The notes beneath the pieces were generated by a model. The model saw only the letters and a list, made by a program, of their open reading frames with translations. It did no database searches and was not told the DNA's origin. DNA of 64,000 bases from Eledone cirrhosa (Eukaryota), in the NCBI GenBank assembly GCA_964016885.1, contig OZ024762.1:17980001-18044000 (forward strand). Direction: 5' to 3'. The translations under genes and the position numbers were made by a program. Below are positions 1 to 11,716 of this stretch, in pieces. The first letter of the stretch is position 1. The number at the start of each line of letters is the position of its first letter.

Positions 1-15
1 AAAAAAAAAGAAAAT

Positions 16-310
16 CAGCTGGGTTAAGATCTAGAGTGAGGTGAGGGTGGCTGGGTTCAGATCTGGGGTGAGGTGGAGTGGAGTGGCTGGGTTAAGATCT
101 GGGGTGAGGTGGGGTGGAGTGGCTGGGTTTAGATCTGGGGTGAGGTGGGGTGGTGGCTGGGTTTAGATCTGGGGTGAGGTGGCGTGGTGGCTGGGTTTAG
201 ATCTGGGATGAGGTGGGGTGGCTGGGTTAAGATCTGGGGTGAGGTTGGGTGGCTGGGTTCAGATCTGGGGTGAGGTGGGGTAGCTGGGTTCAGATCTGGG
301 GCGAGGTGAT
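16..310. repeat. GT-rich minisatellite, ~30-35-bp unit (ggtggctgggttcagatctggggtgaggtgg)
   Basis: About 8-9 degenerate tandem copies visible directly; ORF 129..350 is only a read-through of it. Confidence 0.9.
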
Positions 311-860
311 GTGCCCCCCCCCCAAAAAAAAAAATTTTTAATGCGCCCATATTGTTACATGTCTCTAGTGTGAGAGAGAAAATAAAATAAAATAGAACAG
401 AAAAGAAAATCAGTTGGGTTCAGATCTGGAGAAGAGGGTGGGGTGCAGCCAAAACACGCCGTGTGGCACGATGGCGCCCCTAAGACTCCATCAGGAGTCG
501 AAGGTTTAAGGAAGGAAGGCAGGAAACTGATATTCTATGCAAATCATGAACTCTTGCCTTTATATGTTTGTCGACAACGATGTAATAATTAAGTTCAGAT
601 CTTAACACAAATGATCGCAAATGTCACAACCCCGCAATAACTGAATGTTAGATTAAACAAATAGTTGTTGTTTTCAGCACTGGGTAATTGCTGGCCTTGT
701 TCCTAAAGTAGAAACAATTATTATAATACATACAGTTTGTTGTTGTTTAGACTTCGCCCCTACCCAACCAGGTCAGCGCTAATCTAGCAAATCTGAGATC
801 AAAGACATTCCAACTCTCTGACCCTTTATCTCTCTCTCTCACACACACATTCACACACAG

Positions 861-973
<113 letters not shown>

Positions 974-1269
974 CTTCGTAGAATCGAGATGTATCTGAGG
1001 ACCTTGCGATTTCAGAGAGTCAGATTCGATCATTGCATCGAACGTGCCTCGAGCTGGTCGCTAGAGAAACGATTGTAATGTCTAATAAATTTTATTCGTC
1101 GCAACACTGATTCTCCGTTTCTTATGTGATATATATATATATATATATTAATTTGTTTCTGTCGTAGGGTATCTTAGACTACATTATCTAATTTATCAAG
1201 TCTTTTTTAATATTTTTATCAGTTTGTTTCCGTTTTTAACCTGTCTTAAGGTTGGCAGTTGAGTCGAAT

Positions 1270-1785
1270 CTATCTTAAGGTTTACATCTGAGATGAGCGT
1301 ATCTTAAAGTTTACATCTGAGATGAACGTATCTTAAAGTTTACAGCTGAGATGAGCGTATCTTAAAGTTTACATCTGAGATGGACGTATCTTAAAGTTTA
1401 CAGCTGAGATGAGCGTATCTTAGAGTTTACAGCTAAGTTGAACGTATCTTAAAGTTTACAGCTCAGATGAACGAATCTTCATTTTTAAAGCTGAGTTGAA
1501 CCTATCTTAAGGTTTACAGCTCAGATGAACAAATGTTAAATTTTTACAGCTCAGATGAACGAATCCTGAGGTGTCCATCTGAATTGAACCTATCTTAAAG
1601 TTTACAACCGAAATGAATCTAAATGTTTACAGCTCAGATGAACGAATCCTAAGGTTTACATCTGAATTGAACCTATCTTAAAGTTTACAACTGAGTTTAA
1701 CCTAGATTGAGGCTTACAACCTTAAGGTTTAGAGCTGAGTTGAACCTATGTTGAGCTTTAGAGCAGAGTTTAACCTGCCTCAGTT
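1270..1785. repeat. Minisatellite, ~29-bp unit (atcttaaagtttacagctgagatgaacgt)
   Basis: Roughly 17 diverged tandem units. Confidence 0.9.
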
Positions 1786-2005
1786 ATATATTTCTTTTAA
1801 ATGTGCTGATTTTTCATGACTACTCATGTACCCTATTACTACATAATACTTAATGATTGAGTCATCATTAGTTTCACAAATATAGTAAAATGTAATATAG
1901 TAAAATGTATCTACCTCTCTTAAATATGAGAATATACATTCACACACACGTGCGTGTGTCTCTCTATATATATATGTATATGTATATATATATGCATATA
2001 TGTGT

Positions 2006-2064
<59 letters not shown>

Positions 2065-2324
2065 CGCGCGCGCGTGCGTGTGTGTGCGTGCGTGTGTGTT
2101 TTAAAGTTTTCCAACAATAATTACACTCAATGATTTGTTTCTTTCAATATGCTATAGTGACTTTCACATCATTACTTTTGCAAATACGATGAAGGTGTTG
2201 CTTCGCTGAGGAGGTCTAATAATACAGAAATATGTTCAGAGTTGTCTGGTATAATCAAAATAATTTTTGTTATTTGTATATATTGGATTTTCTTCCATCG
2301 TTACATATTCATCTTTGCACCTAG

Positions 2325-2470
2325 GAAGTTCCCCTCCGAGGCACAAGCATGGGCAAGGTGTGTTTGTGGGAGACCAGCAGTCACCCATGCATACCAGTCT
2401 CCCCTCTCCACGCCACCAATGTGGTCCAAGGGAAAGGTAATGACCGATACAGCTTGGCACCAGTGATGTC
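2325..2470. mobile_element. Dispersed GC-richer repeat fragment (second copy ~25822-25965), unclassified
   Basis: Shared block ccctccgaggcacaag...ccagcagtcacccatg...cccctctcca in both places. Confidence 0.6.
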
Positions 2471-2523
2471 ACAACTCATATATACACTATATATATACAC
2501 TATGTACATTATATATGCATTAT

Positions 2524-2700
2524 AGTATCGGTAGAGGGTTGGACGCCATGTTTTCTAGCATAGTTACGTCCCTTTACAGTCTGAGTTCAAATCCCACCGA
2601 GGTTAACTTTGCCTTTCATCCTTACGGGGTCGATAAAATAAAGTACCAGTAATGTACTGGGTAATTGCTGGCCTTGTGCCTAAAGTAGAAACAATTATAA
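2524..2700 (+). mobile_element. tRNA-headed SINE with Deu/Nin-type core (family copies ~8860+, 14180+, 19150-, 21590+, 23170+, 23950-, 33080-33430-, 39010-, 41790-, 42700-, 46455+)
   Basis: B-box-like gagttcaaatccc, core gcctttcatccttacggggtcgataaaataaagtaccag, 3' end ggccttgtgcctaaagtagaaacaattatt. Core resembles the Deu/Nin SINE domain (recall, not searched). Confidence 0.8.
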
Positions 2701-2903
2701 CAATATATGGTATTCCTAAGTCTGGACATATTGGCAAAATGTATATTTTCAATAAAAAAAAAATAAAAAAAATTCCCGAACATTTTATTTAATTGAAATA
2801 TTAATAAATAACAACTCTTTGCTGTTTGAATTTTTTTTTTTTTTTATTGAAAATATACATTTTGCCAATATGTCCAGACTTTAGGAACACCATATATTGT
2901 TAT
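2698..2903. repeat. Fold-back/MITE-like inverted repeat, ~75-bp arms
   Basis: taacaatatatggtattcctaagtctggacatattggcaaaatgtatattttcaat mirrors attgaaaatatacattttgccaatatgtccagactttaggaacaccatatattgtta. Confidence 0.85.
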
Positions 2904-3069
2904 AGTCATTTGCAATGGGACACACACATTTAACATTTTCCACAAGGCTTTTGGAGTCAACCAGTTATTTATGTTGGAATTTTTCAATTTAAGCGTGAAC
3001 GTTTTAAAACGGGCTATTTTGGGTCACAAGAACGATGGATGCTGTCAGGCAGATTGCTTATCTAATGTC

Positions 3070-3380
3070 TAAAGTCTGTCTTGAGCTCGACAGCTCATCA
3101 AGCCGGTGCTTATCCTGGTTTCCGTGGCGGGAAGCAACTGAGAATACAAGACTCTCCCCCACTGGAGAGAACCCCGTCCATCGCAGGGTTAAATCTGCTG
3201 CTACTGATGGTACTTATTTCTAGCTGAGTATACTGGAGTAACGTGAAATGAAGTGTTTTGCTCAAGAAAACAACACACAACCCAGTCCAGGTATAGAACC
3301 CATGACATTATATCATAGGTACCACTAGGTACCCTTACCACTAGGTACCCTTACCACTAGGTACCCTTTCCACTAGGCCA
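3070..3380 (-). mobile_element. Older SINE with Meta-like and V-like domains (copies ~9225-9470 -, 43250-43515 +, 44095-44210 +)
   Basis: Minus strand carries cttgagcaaaacacttcatttcacg (Meta-like) and aaccctgcgatggac (V-like). A 16-bp ccactaggtaccctta tandem lies at the head. Confidence 0.65.
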
Positions 3381-3739
3381 GTAAAAATATGGGGTCGATT
3401 TCATTGACTTTTACCTTCCCCTAAGTTGCGACAGAGAGTACAAGACACCCCAATGAACAGGACGCCAGTCTATCGCAGGGTTAAACCTCCAGCTACTACT
3501 GGTACCCATTTTAAGCTGGGTATGCTCAAGAACACAACGCAGTCCAGGTATGATACCAATGACATGACCAACACCGTTACCACTAGGCCACTAGGCCCGG
3601 GGGTGATATATGAAACCGGCTCTCTGGAATGTCCGTTGTCGTTCGTTGCTAGCAAACTTCCTGCAATTACAATCTGTCCTCCATTTTCATACAGGGAAAA
3701 TAAAAAAAGACATTTTTTTCTCTCGACACACAGAAAAAA

Positions 3740-3955
3740 GCAGAGAGACAGGAGAGGAGGGGAGGGTCATACATAGAGAGTGAGGGGGGATACAGAGAGA
3801 GAGAGACATGGGGAGACAGACAGAGACTGAATAGAGAGAGATGGGGGGATACAGAGAGAGAGAGAGAGAGGGGTAGAGAGAAAGGGTGGTGGAAACTGAG
3901 AGACAGACTCAGCAAGAGATAGAGAGAAAAATAGGGGAGGGAGAGACAAACAGAC

Positions 3956-3992
<37 letters not shown>

Positions 3993-4023
3993 GGGACAGA
4001 GAGAGAGAGGGGGAGAGAGAGAG

Positions 4024-4056
<33 letters not shown>

Positions 4057-4063
4057 GACAGAG

Positions 4064-4096
<33 letters not shown>

Positions 4097-4127
4097 GACA
4101 GAGAGACAGACAGAGAGACAGACAGAG

Positions 4128-4160
<33 letters not shown>

Positions 4161-5170
4161 GACAGAGAGACAGACAGAGCGAGAGACAGACAGAGAGAGA
4201 GACAGCGAGAGAGACAGCGAGAGAGAGAGAGAGACAGAGAGAGAGAGATTTAAGGATGTAACTTTATCTGTATGTTGCCGAATGTTTAGTTGTTTTAACA
4301 TACATTTAAACTGTAACACCATTTTCATGGCTAACAGAGAGGGGGGTAGGAGTAGGGGGGGATACAGTGTGGGGGTGGGGTAGTGGGGGGTGTCAATAAT
4401 GGTGGTGGTGGTGGTGGTGGTGGTGGATGGTGTTGGTGATGATGGTGTTGGTGGTGGTGATGGTGGCAGTGGTGGATGGTGGTGGTGGTGGTGATAGTGT
4501 TGTTGTTGTTGGTGGTGGTGATGGTGGATGGTAGTGGTGGTGGTGATAGTGTTGTTGTTGTTGGTGGTGGTGATGGATGGTAGAGAAAGTGGAATTAGTG
4601 GGGGATGAGGTTGAGAGAATTTTTCCAAACACAAAACCCCCATCGAAAAAATGTGCCAGGGTGGGGGGGGGTATCTCACAGCCCCACCTCAGGCCCCCAC
4701 CTCAGACCCCCACCAACACCACCAACCACACCAACCCCACCCTCAAACCCCACCCCACCAACCATAAAGGAAGATAAACAGAGAAAAAATTGAATTAAGG
4801 AAGGAAAAAAGAAATAGAGAGACATAGAAAGATGGAATGAAAGAAAGAAAGGAAGAAAAGAAGAAAGAAAGAAGGAAGGAAGGAAAGAAAGAAAGAAAGG
4901 AAGAAAGAAAGAATCAAAGAAAGAAAGAGAGAAAGAATGAAAGAAAGAAAGAATGAAAGAAAGAAAGAATGAAAGAAAGAAAGAAAGAATGAAAGAAAGA
5001 AAGAAAGAAAAAGAAAGAAAGAATGACGGAATGAAAGAAAGAAAGAATGACGGAATGAAAGAAAGAAAGAATGACGGAATGAAAGAAAGAAAGAATGTAA
5101 GAAAAGTGAGGTAAGATGCTAAAGAAAGAATAAGGATGGAAGGAAGAAATGGATAAATGAAACAAAACAA
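3740..5170. repeat. Compound microsatellite block: (GA/GACA)n, (GGT)n, (CCA)n, (GAAA)n
   Basis: Direct inspection; ORFs here are low-complexity artefacts. Confidence 0.95.
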
Positions 5171-5475
5171 ACTGAAAAAACAAAAAATTGTGGGAGGGGG
5201 GAGGGAAGAAGCAAGGAAATGAGGAATGTCTTAGATTATTTTGGTCTATATATATATATATATATATATATAATTATGTATGCATGTATATATATATATA
5301 TATAATTATGTATGCATGTGTATATATATATAATTATACAATATATGTATATATATATACATATATATATATATGTATATATATACGTATATATATATAC
5401 ATATATATATATATATACATATATATATATGTATATATATGTATGTGTGTATGTATATATATGTATGTGTGTGTG

Positions 5476-5540
<65 letters not shown>

Positions 5541-5810
5541 ATATATATATATATATGTGTGTGTGTCTGTGCTTTTTTTATGTTAAGGTGGGTTAAAGTC
5601 CCAGTTTTCTCCTCTGGTACAACCCACCCTCTCACACTCTAAAATATGACTTCTTCAATTTCTCTTCCGTTCTAGAAAAAAAATGTTGTTGTCTCCTCCC
5701 CAGCGCCACCACCATCATCAACTCTGTCTATGTTTCTTTCACTCTATCTGTCTGTATGTTCCTCACTCTGTTTCTCTTGTAACAAATCGATTGCCCCACC
5801 AACTATATCT

Positions 5811-5964
5811 ATCTAGGGCGGGTAAAATTCCCGAGATCCATGGACGAGTTCTCTCCAGCGGTCTCTGTCCCTTATTATCGTTGCCATGTCCATCCTGCGT
5901 CGCCAAGAGACCAGTGTCTGTCCTAAGGGCACCAACATATGTCAACCTTGGTCTCCCTCTTCTA
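5811..5964 (-). mobile_element. 3' stub of RTE-X-like LINE ORF (copies 6910-7055, 38121-38268)
   Basis: Minus translation [19 protein letters not shown]...[18 protein letters not shown], a typical RTE-type C-terminus (clearest in the 6910 and 38121 copies). The stop abuts a TA/TAGA tract. Confidence 0.8.
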
Positions 5965-6020
<56 letters not shown>

Positions 6021-6150
6021 GGTATGTCATGTATCATTATATTTTGTCTGATGAGGACGTACTGTTGTACATCCAAAATATGTATAATAAAATGAAATTG
6101 ATCAAAAGAACATCTATTTTATTAATACTTATATTTTAATATATTTATAT

Positions 6151-6201
<51 letters not shown>

Positions 6202-6571
6202 CGAAAGTGATTTTTCATTGCATCTCTTCTTTCCATGATATCCGGATTACATTGAGTTCTTCATACGGATTGGACACTACCGTAAACTCTTGGTAGATTT
6301 ATCTACATATATATATATATATATATATCATCATCATCATCATTTTACATCCACTTTTCCCTGCTTGCAAGGGTGGGACGGGAACTGATTCTGGCTTGAT
6401 TTCTACAGCTGGATGCCCTTCCTAACACCTACATCATTTACACTGAGTGCTGGGTGCTTTTTTGCCGTGGCGCCTACACGTCCACTTTACAGTGTGGGCT
6501 GGGTGCTTTTTTGCCGTGTGAGAGCCATTCCAATACTGGCCTCTCATCGGACGCCAGGACGAAATTACAAA

Positions 6572-6625
<54 letters not shown>

Positions 6626-6661
6626 TAATGCATCCGCTTGTTTTTTCGTAACTTTTTTCCT

Positions 6662-6697
<36 letters not shown>

Positions 6698-6699
<2 letters not shown>

Positions 6700-6897
6700 C
6701 AAAGGAAGTGTGGTAAGAAACCAGGTGGACCATAATGCACCAGAGTACTCAATACTTAGGGTAGTAGAGTGGGTAATAGGAAAAGAGTCAGGACCCCGAT
6801 GGCTGAGCTCTGGCCGTTTTGACAGCTAGATCAGTTAGGATCTAGCTGTTGAAACGGCTGGAGCTCAACCGTCGGGGTCCTGACTCTTTTCCTATAT
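6698..6897. mobile_element. Fold-back pLTR-like cassette, family I (copies 26590-26823, 30115-30250; partial 28210-28410, 52000-52170, 60348-60478)
   Basis: Inverted arms around ~6834. The plus arm carries the 3' half of a hammerhead (GAAA cgg-ctggagctcaa-ccg TC). TA tracts flank both sides. Confidence 0.75.
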
Positions 6898-7214
6898 ATA
6901 TCTATCTATCTAAGGCGGGTAAAATTCCCGAGATCCATGGACGAGTTCTCTCCAGCGGTCTCTGTCCCTCATTATCGCTGCCATATCCTGCATCTCCAAC
7001 AGACCAGTGTCTATCCTTAGGGCATCAACATATGTTAACCTTGGTCTTCCTCTTCTATATATATATATATATATGCATGGTATGGACACATGGGCAGTGA
7101 ATGCACCACAGAGTATGCAAAAACAGACCTGCCAACCTCTAAAAACGCAAACGGGGGGAGCATCATAAAAGAAAGTGCCCCAAAACAGGGAGAAATGAAG
7201 CAAAATAGGGAGAT

Positions 7215-7548
7215 TTTACATGCCCACAAAGTCAGAAAACAGTACAGTCCCCATGACTTTCGGAAACAATTTTTCACGCTCAGAGTTGCTGAAGCATGGA
7301 ACAAACTACCTGCATCAGTTGTTAGCTGTCGAGACACTGCATCCTTTAAAACCTCCATGCTTCCCGAGATTCGCCAACACTACACCTAATGTTCCCCCTC
7401 CATACACATACACACATGTATATCATGACTCATACATTATTCACTTCACTGACATTTGTGTATTATTCTATGTACTATACATGCACCTTTGACGAGTTGT
7501 AGTGCACCTGAGCTCTTTACACAATAATTTCATTATATTATATTATAA
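7215..7548 (+). mobile_element. 3' end of CR1/L2-like LINE (same family as 39285-40156; stub at 26405-26555)
   Basis: HAHKVRKQ...FRKQFFTLRVAEAWNKLPASVV...FK motif followed by the shared 3' UTR and (ATT)n. Confidence 0.85.
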
Positions 7549-7624
7549 TGAAAGCTATACCCCTTTTCACGGGAAGAGACATCTCTCACCCACCCCAAAG
7601 TGGGTAGGTGATCTCCCTGTTGGA

Positions 7625-8392
7625 CAGAGAGAGTTGACAGGTCTGAAAGAAGGAAATAAAGAGAGTATGTTTCGATGTATGTGCAATGTTAATGCGAGTG
7701 ATGAAGAATGTTTGAGCTGAGAGCAAAGCTGGTTTATAAGAGGAATCAAATGTAGTGAGTAGGAGAGAAGACTGCACTGGTATGGACATGTGTAGGAGAG
7801 AAGACTGCACTGGTATGGACATGTGTAGGAGAGAAGACTGCACTGGTATGGACATGTGTAGGAGAGAAGACTGCACTGGTATGGACATGTGTAGGAGAGA
7901 AGACTGCACTGGTATGGACATGTGTAGGAGAGAAGACTGCACTGGTATGGACATGTGTAGGAGAGAAGACTGCACTGGTATGGACATGTGTAGGAGAGAA
8001 GACTGCACTGGTATGGACATGTGTAGGAGAGAAGACTGCACTGGTATGGACATGTGTAGGAGAGAAGACTGCACTGGTATGGACATGTGTAGGAGAGAAG
8101 ACTGCACTGGTATGGACATGTGTAGGAGAGAAGACTGCACTGGTATGGACATGTGATGTGTATGGAAGATGATCATGTGAGGCAAGAAATCAGAGGGGAA
8201 GCGAGTTGCAGTAGAGGGGAGACATCAGAAGACCTGGGTAGAGGTTGTGGGAGGTGATCTGAATTTGCTAAAGCTTGCAGAAAAGATGATGAAGGAACAC
8301 AATATGTGGAGGGAGGTTGTGCTATTAAAGACCCATCTAACCCATGCAACTGTGGAATAGTGAATATAAAATGATGATGATGATGATGATGA
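7625..8392 (+). mobile_element. Decayed RTE LINE 3' fragment containing a 33-bp x12 tandem expansion
   Basis: Remnant SMFRCMCNV...ERRLHWYGHV...KTWVEVV..DL motifs and a (GAT)n tail. Confidence 0.8.
7760..8155. repeat. 33-bp perfect minisatellite x12 (aggagagaagactgcactggtatggacatgtgt)
   Basis: The ORF track shows 12 identical 11-aa repeats. Confidence 0.97.
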
Positions 8393-8486
8393 TGGTGACT
8401 ATGGTGATTACATATATATATGTGTGTGTGTATGGTTAGAAATATATATATATATAGATGTATATATATAGATATATAGATATATA

Positions 8487-8544
<58 letters not shown>

Positions 8545-9510
8545 AGCAAGACAATCACTCTTGCCTCAAGTGGGACTACCCCCGTCCAAACCCATGCGAG
8601 CGTGGAACACGGACGTTAAACGTTGATGATGATGATGATGATGATGATATATATATATATATATATATAACCATAGCACATGTATGATTGTGTGTGTGAA
8701 ATTTTTTGTTTGGTTTTGCATGTTATTTTTTTAATTCTGTATATTATTTATTTCAACACATGCTTTCAATCTGTCTGGAACCCAAACCAACTCATGCATA
8801 CAGCATCCAGAATAAGATAACTGTAAAACACAACACATGTATCATTATTTATTAATGAAGGGCGGTGGAATCGGTAGAGCATCAGGCAAAATATTTTGTG
8901 GCATTTAGTCACAGCCCTTTATGTTCTGGGTTCAAATTCCACTGAGATCCATTTGTCTTTCACCCTTCTAAGGTCGATAAAATAAAGTACAAGTTAAATA
9001 CCAGGGTTGATGTTAGCAACTTTGCCCTTCTTCTGAATTGCTTGCTGATAAAAAGAATTATTTATTAACGATGAGTAGGATATTGGTAGAAATGTTAGAG
9101 CACTGGATAAAATGTTTTGCAGTGTTTAGATATGATTTTCAACATTTCAAGTTCAAATCCTCCTGAGAACAGTTTTGTCTTTGTCTTTCTCTTTGTTTGG
9201 TAAAGGCGAGTTTAAAGTTTAAAGTCTGTCTCAAGCCTGCAGCTTTATCAGGACAGAGCTTATCCTGGTCTCTCTGGTGTGAAGCAACTGAAACTACATG
9301 ACTCCTCCTACTAGACACCAGTCTATTGCAGGGTTAAACCCCCAGCTAAATATACTGGAGCAAAGTGTAATAAAGTGTTTTGCTTGAGAACACAACACAC
9401 AACCCAAATCCATGAATGAAACCCACGACAATATGATTGTAAGTCTAACACTTTTACCACTAGTCCACATGTCTCCCTGGTCAAGCTGTGGCTATAGTAT
9501 AAAGGTTTAA

Positions 9511-9733
9511 CCCTTTAGCAGTCACATTACTATATATATATATATATATATATATACTATTATATTTTTTTGTCAAATGCTTTATCTCACATAATATCGA
9601 ATCTATGAGATTTTGAAAGTATTTATTTTGAGAACAATACCTTAACATCAGTTTGACCAACCAGTTACAGCCAGTTTCAACAGAAAGAGGTAGAGAATTC
9701 TGGCCGGTTTGGGCCAGTTTGAACATTAAAAGG
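9511..9733. mobile_element. TTAA-flanked piggyBac-type MITE (short copy)
   Basis: TTAA|CCCTTTAGCAGTCA ... TGAACATTAAAAGG|TTAA; the interior matches 16239-16818 in reverse orientation. Confidence 0.75.
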
Positions 9734-10241
9734 TTAAGAGTGTCCCAGGTCCACAGAGAACACCTTGAATGGCCCACCTGTCGTTGGCCCTTATACTATC
9801 TCAAGAAAAAAAGAAAGGACACAGTTGACAAGGTAGTTCTAGATGCATTAAGGGGTGGTCGTGGATGGAATGCTTTAGGTTGCTCAGTTGGTGGTTGGCC
9901 TTGGGCTAAATAACTACATAACAACAATAACAGTAACAATATATGTATGTTTGTATTATGTATGTATGTCGCATGGTCGGGTTGTCGATGACTAAACCAG
10001 CAACCCCACCAAGTTTACTTGGTGAGGAGGGGGATTTTGGACACCCTGCAGGACAAAAAACAAAACCTGACAAAGGGCGGAAGAACTCATAAGAGTCAAC
10101 GGCCATCCAAAAGTGTGTAAATATGTGTGTGTGTGTGTGTATATGTATAAATGTATTTTGGTATGCATGTATTTATGTATGTACATATTTATATACACCT
10201 ATATGTATATATTTATATATATAATATATATATATATATAT

Positions 10242-10285
<44 letters not shown>

Positions 10286-10288
10286 TAT

Positions 10289-10330
<42 letters not shown>

Positions 10331-10398
10331 TATATTATATATTATATATATATATATATATGTATGTACATATTTATACACACCTATATGTATATATT

Positions 10399-10430
<32 letters not shown>

Positions 10431-10450
10431 ATTATATATTATATATATAT

Positions 10451-10492
<42 letters not shown>

Positions 10493-10664
10493 TATATATA
10501 TATATATAATATATATATTATATATTATATATTATATATATATATATGTATGTACATATTTATACACACCTATATGTATATATATAATATATATATATAT
10601 TATATATATATATTATATATTATATATTATATATATATATATAATATATATATATATGTATGTA

Positions 10665-11165
10665 TGTCTTCTTCTTTGTCCACTTATTCCTGAGAGGGTT
10701 GTGGGGCCAGAGTCATCCTCAAACACTCCTTCCAGCAGGTCCTGTCAGAAGCAACCATCTCAAACTGATCTGGTTGGATCCCCAAGCAAGACCAGCCAAG
10801 CTCATGGATGTTATCCAACCATCTTGCTCGGGGTTTAAGCCTGGGTCTCGTGCCAGCTGGTTTGGCTCATAAAATCTGTCCAGCAATTCTTTCCAGAGAC
10901 ATTCTAACCACATGCCCATATTATCAGAGCTGTGATCACCCAATTCCGAGAAGTAGTGGCTCTACTAAGAGTAACTCTCTGATGTCTGAGCTACACACTT
11001 TATCAAGTAACGTTACTCCAAAAACCCTTTGGAGGAATCCCATTTCGGCCGCTTGTATTCGTGATCGTATTCATTCGGTCATTACTCGACCATAGGTAAG
11101 GGATGGCACAAAAACCGAATTGAAGATAGTGAGTTTGGCTTTTACATCTACCTCCCTTCTTCTGA
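10665..11165 (-). mobile_element. Decayed RTE-clade LINE 3' fragment (related copy 24125-24665)
   Basis: Minus-strand remnants [18 protein letters not shown]; tail (GAA)n; homologous copy elsewhere in the window. Confidence 0.7.
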
Positions 11166-11236
11166 TTACACACATGTACATATATATATGTACATTTATA
11201 TGTATATTTATATGTATATTTATATACACATACACA

Positions 11237-11284
<48 letters not shown>

Positions 11285-11399
11285 CACATATATATATATA
11301 TACACATACACACACTCATATACATATATATATATATAATATGTTGATTCAAAACTGCACTATTCACAAGTGTTTTTTAACCTTCATATCATGTCTTCC

Positions 11400-11470
11400 T
11401 ATTTTATCTGATGAAAACACAAATATTATTGCATGATGATATTTGTTTTTGAAATGCGCATAATAAAATA
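11400..11470 (+). ncRNA. Type I hammerhead ribozyme motif, family D (second copy 61786-61856 -, core mutated to CUGAUAA)
   Basis: tattttat-CTGATGA-[aaacacaaatattat tgc atgatgatatttgttttt]-GAAA-TGCGCA-TA-ataaaata: 8-bp stem I, long stem II, palindromic stem III/loop. Confidence 0.85.
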
Positions 11471-11716
11471 CATGGAACTCTTTTAACCATCTTTTGATCT
11501 TATATATTATGTATACTCCAGTCCTACAAACTGTAGAGTGCTTCTTATCCAATATCTGCATTGCTTTATTGTACTACAATAAAACTCACCTCCTACATAT
11601 ATATATATATATATATATATATGTGAGTGTGTGTATGTATATATATATATGTAAATGTGTATATATATATATATACACATATATATATATACATATGTAT
11701 ATGTGTACATATATAT

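Noticed and set aside
2200-2245. Hammerhead at ctgaggaggtctaataatacagaaatatgtt
   Set aside because: Core words are present but stems I and II do not pair convincingly.
7760-8155. CRISPR-like array (also 16380-16810, 43521-44080, 58248-58565)
   Set aside because: Head-to-tail units with no unique spacers, no cas genes, and a eukaryotic context.
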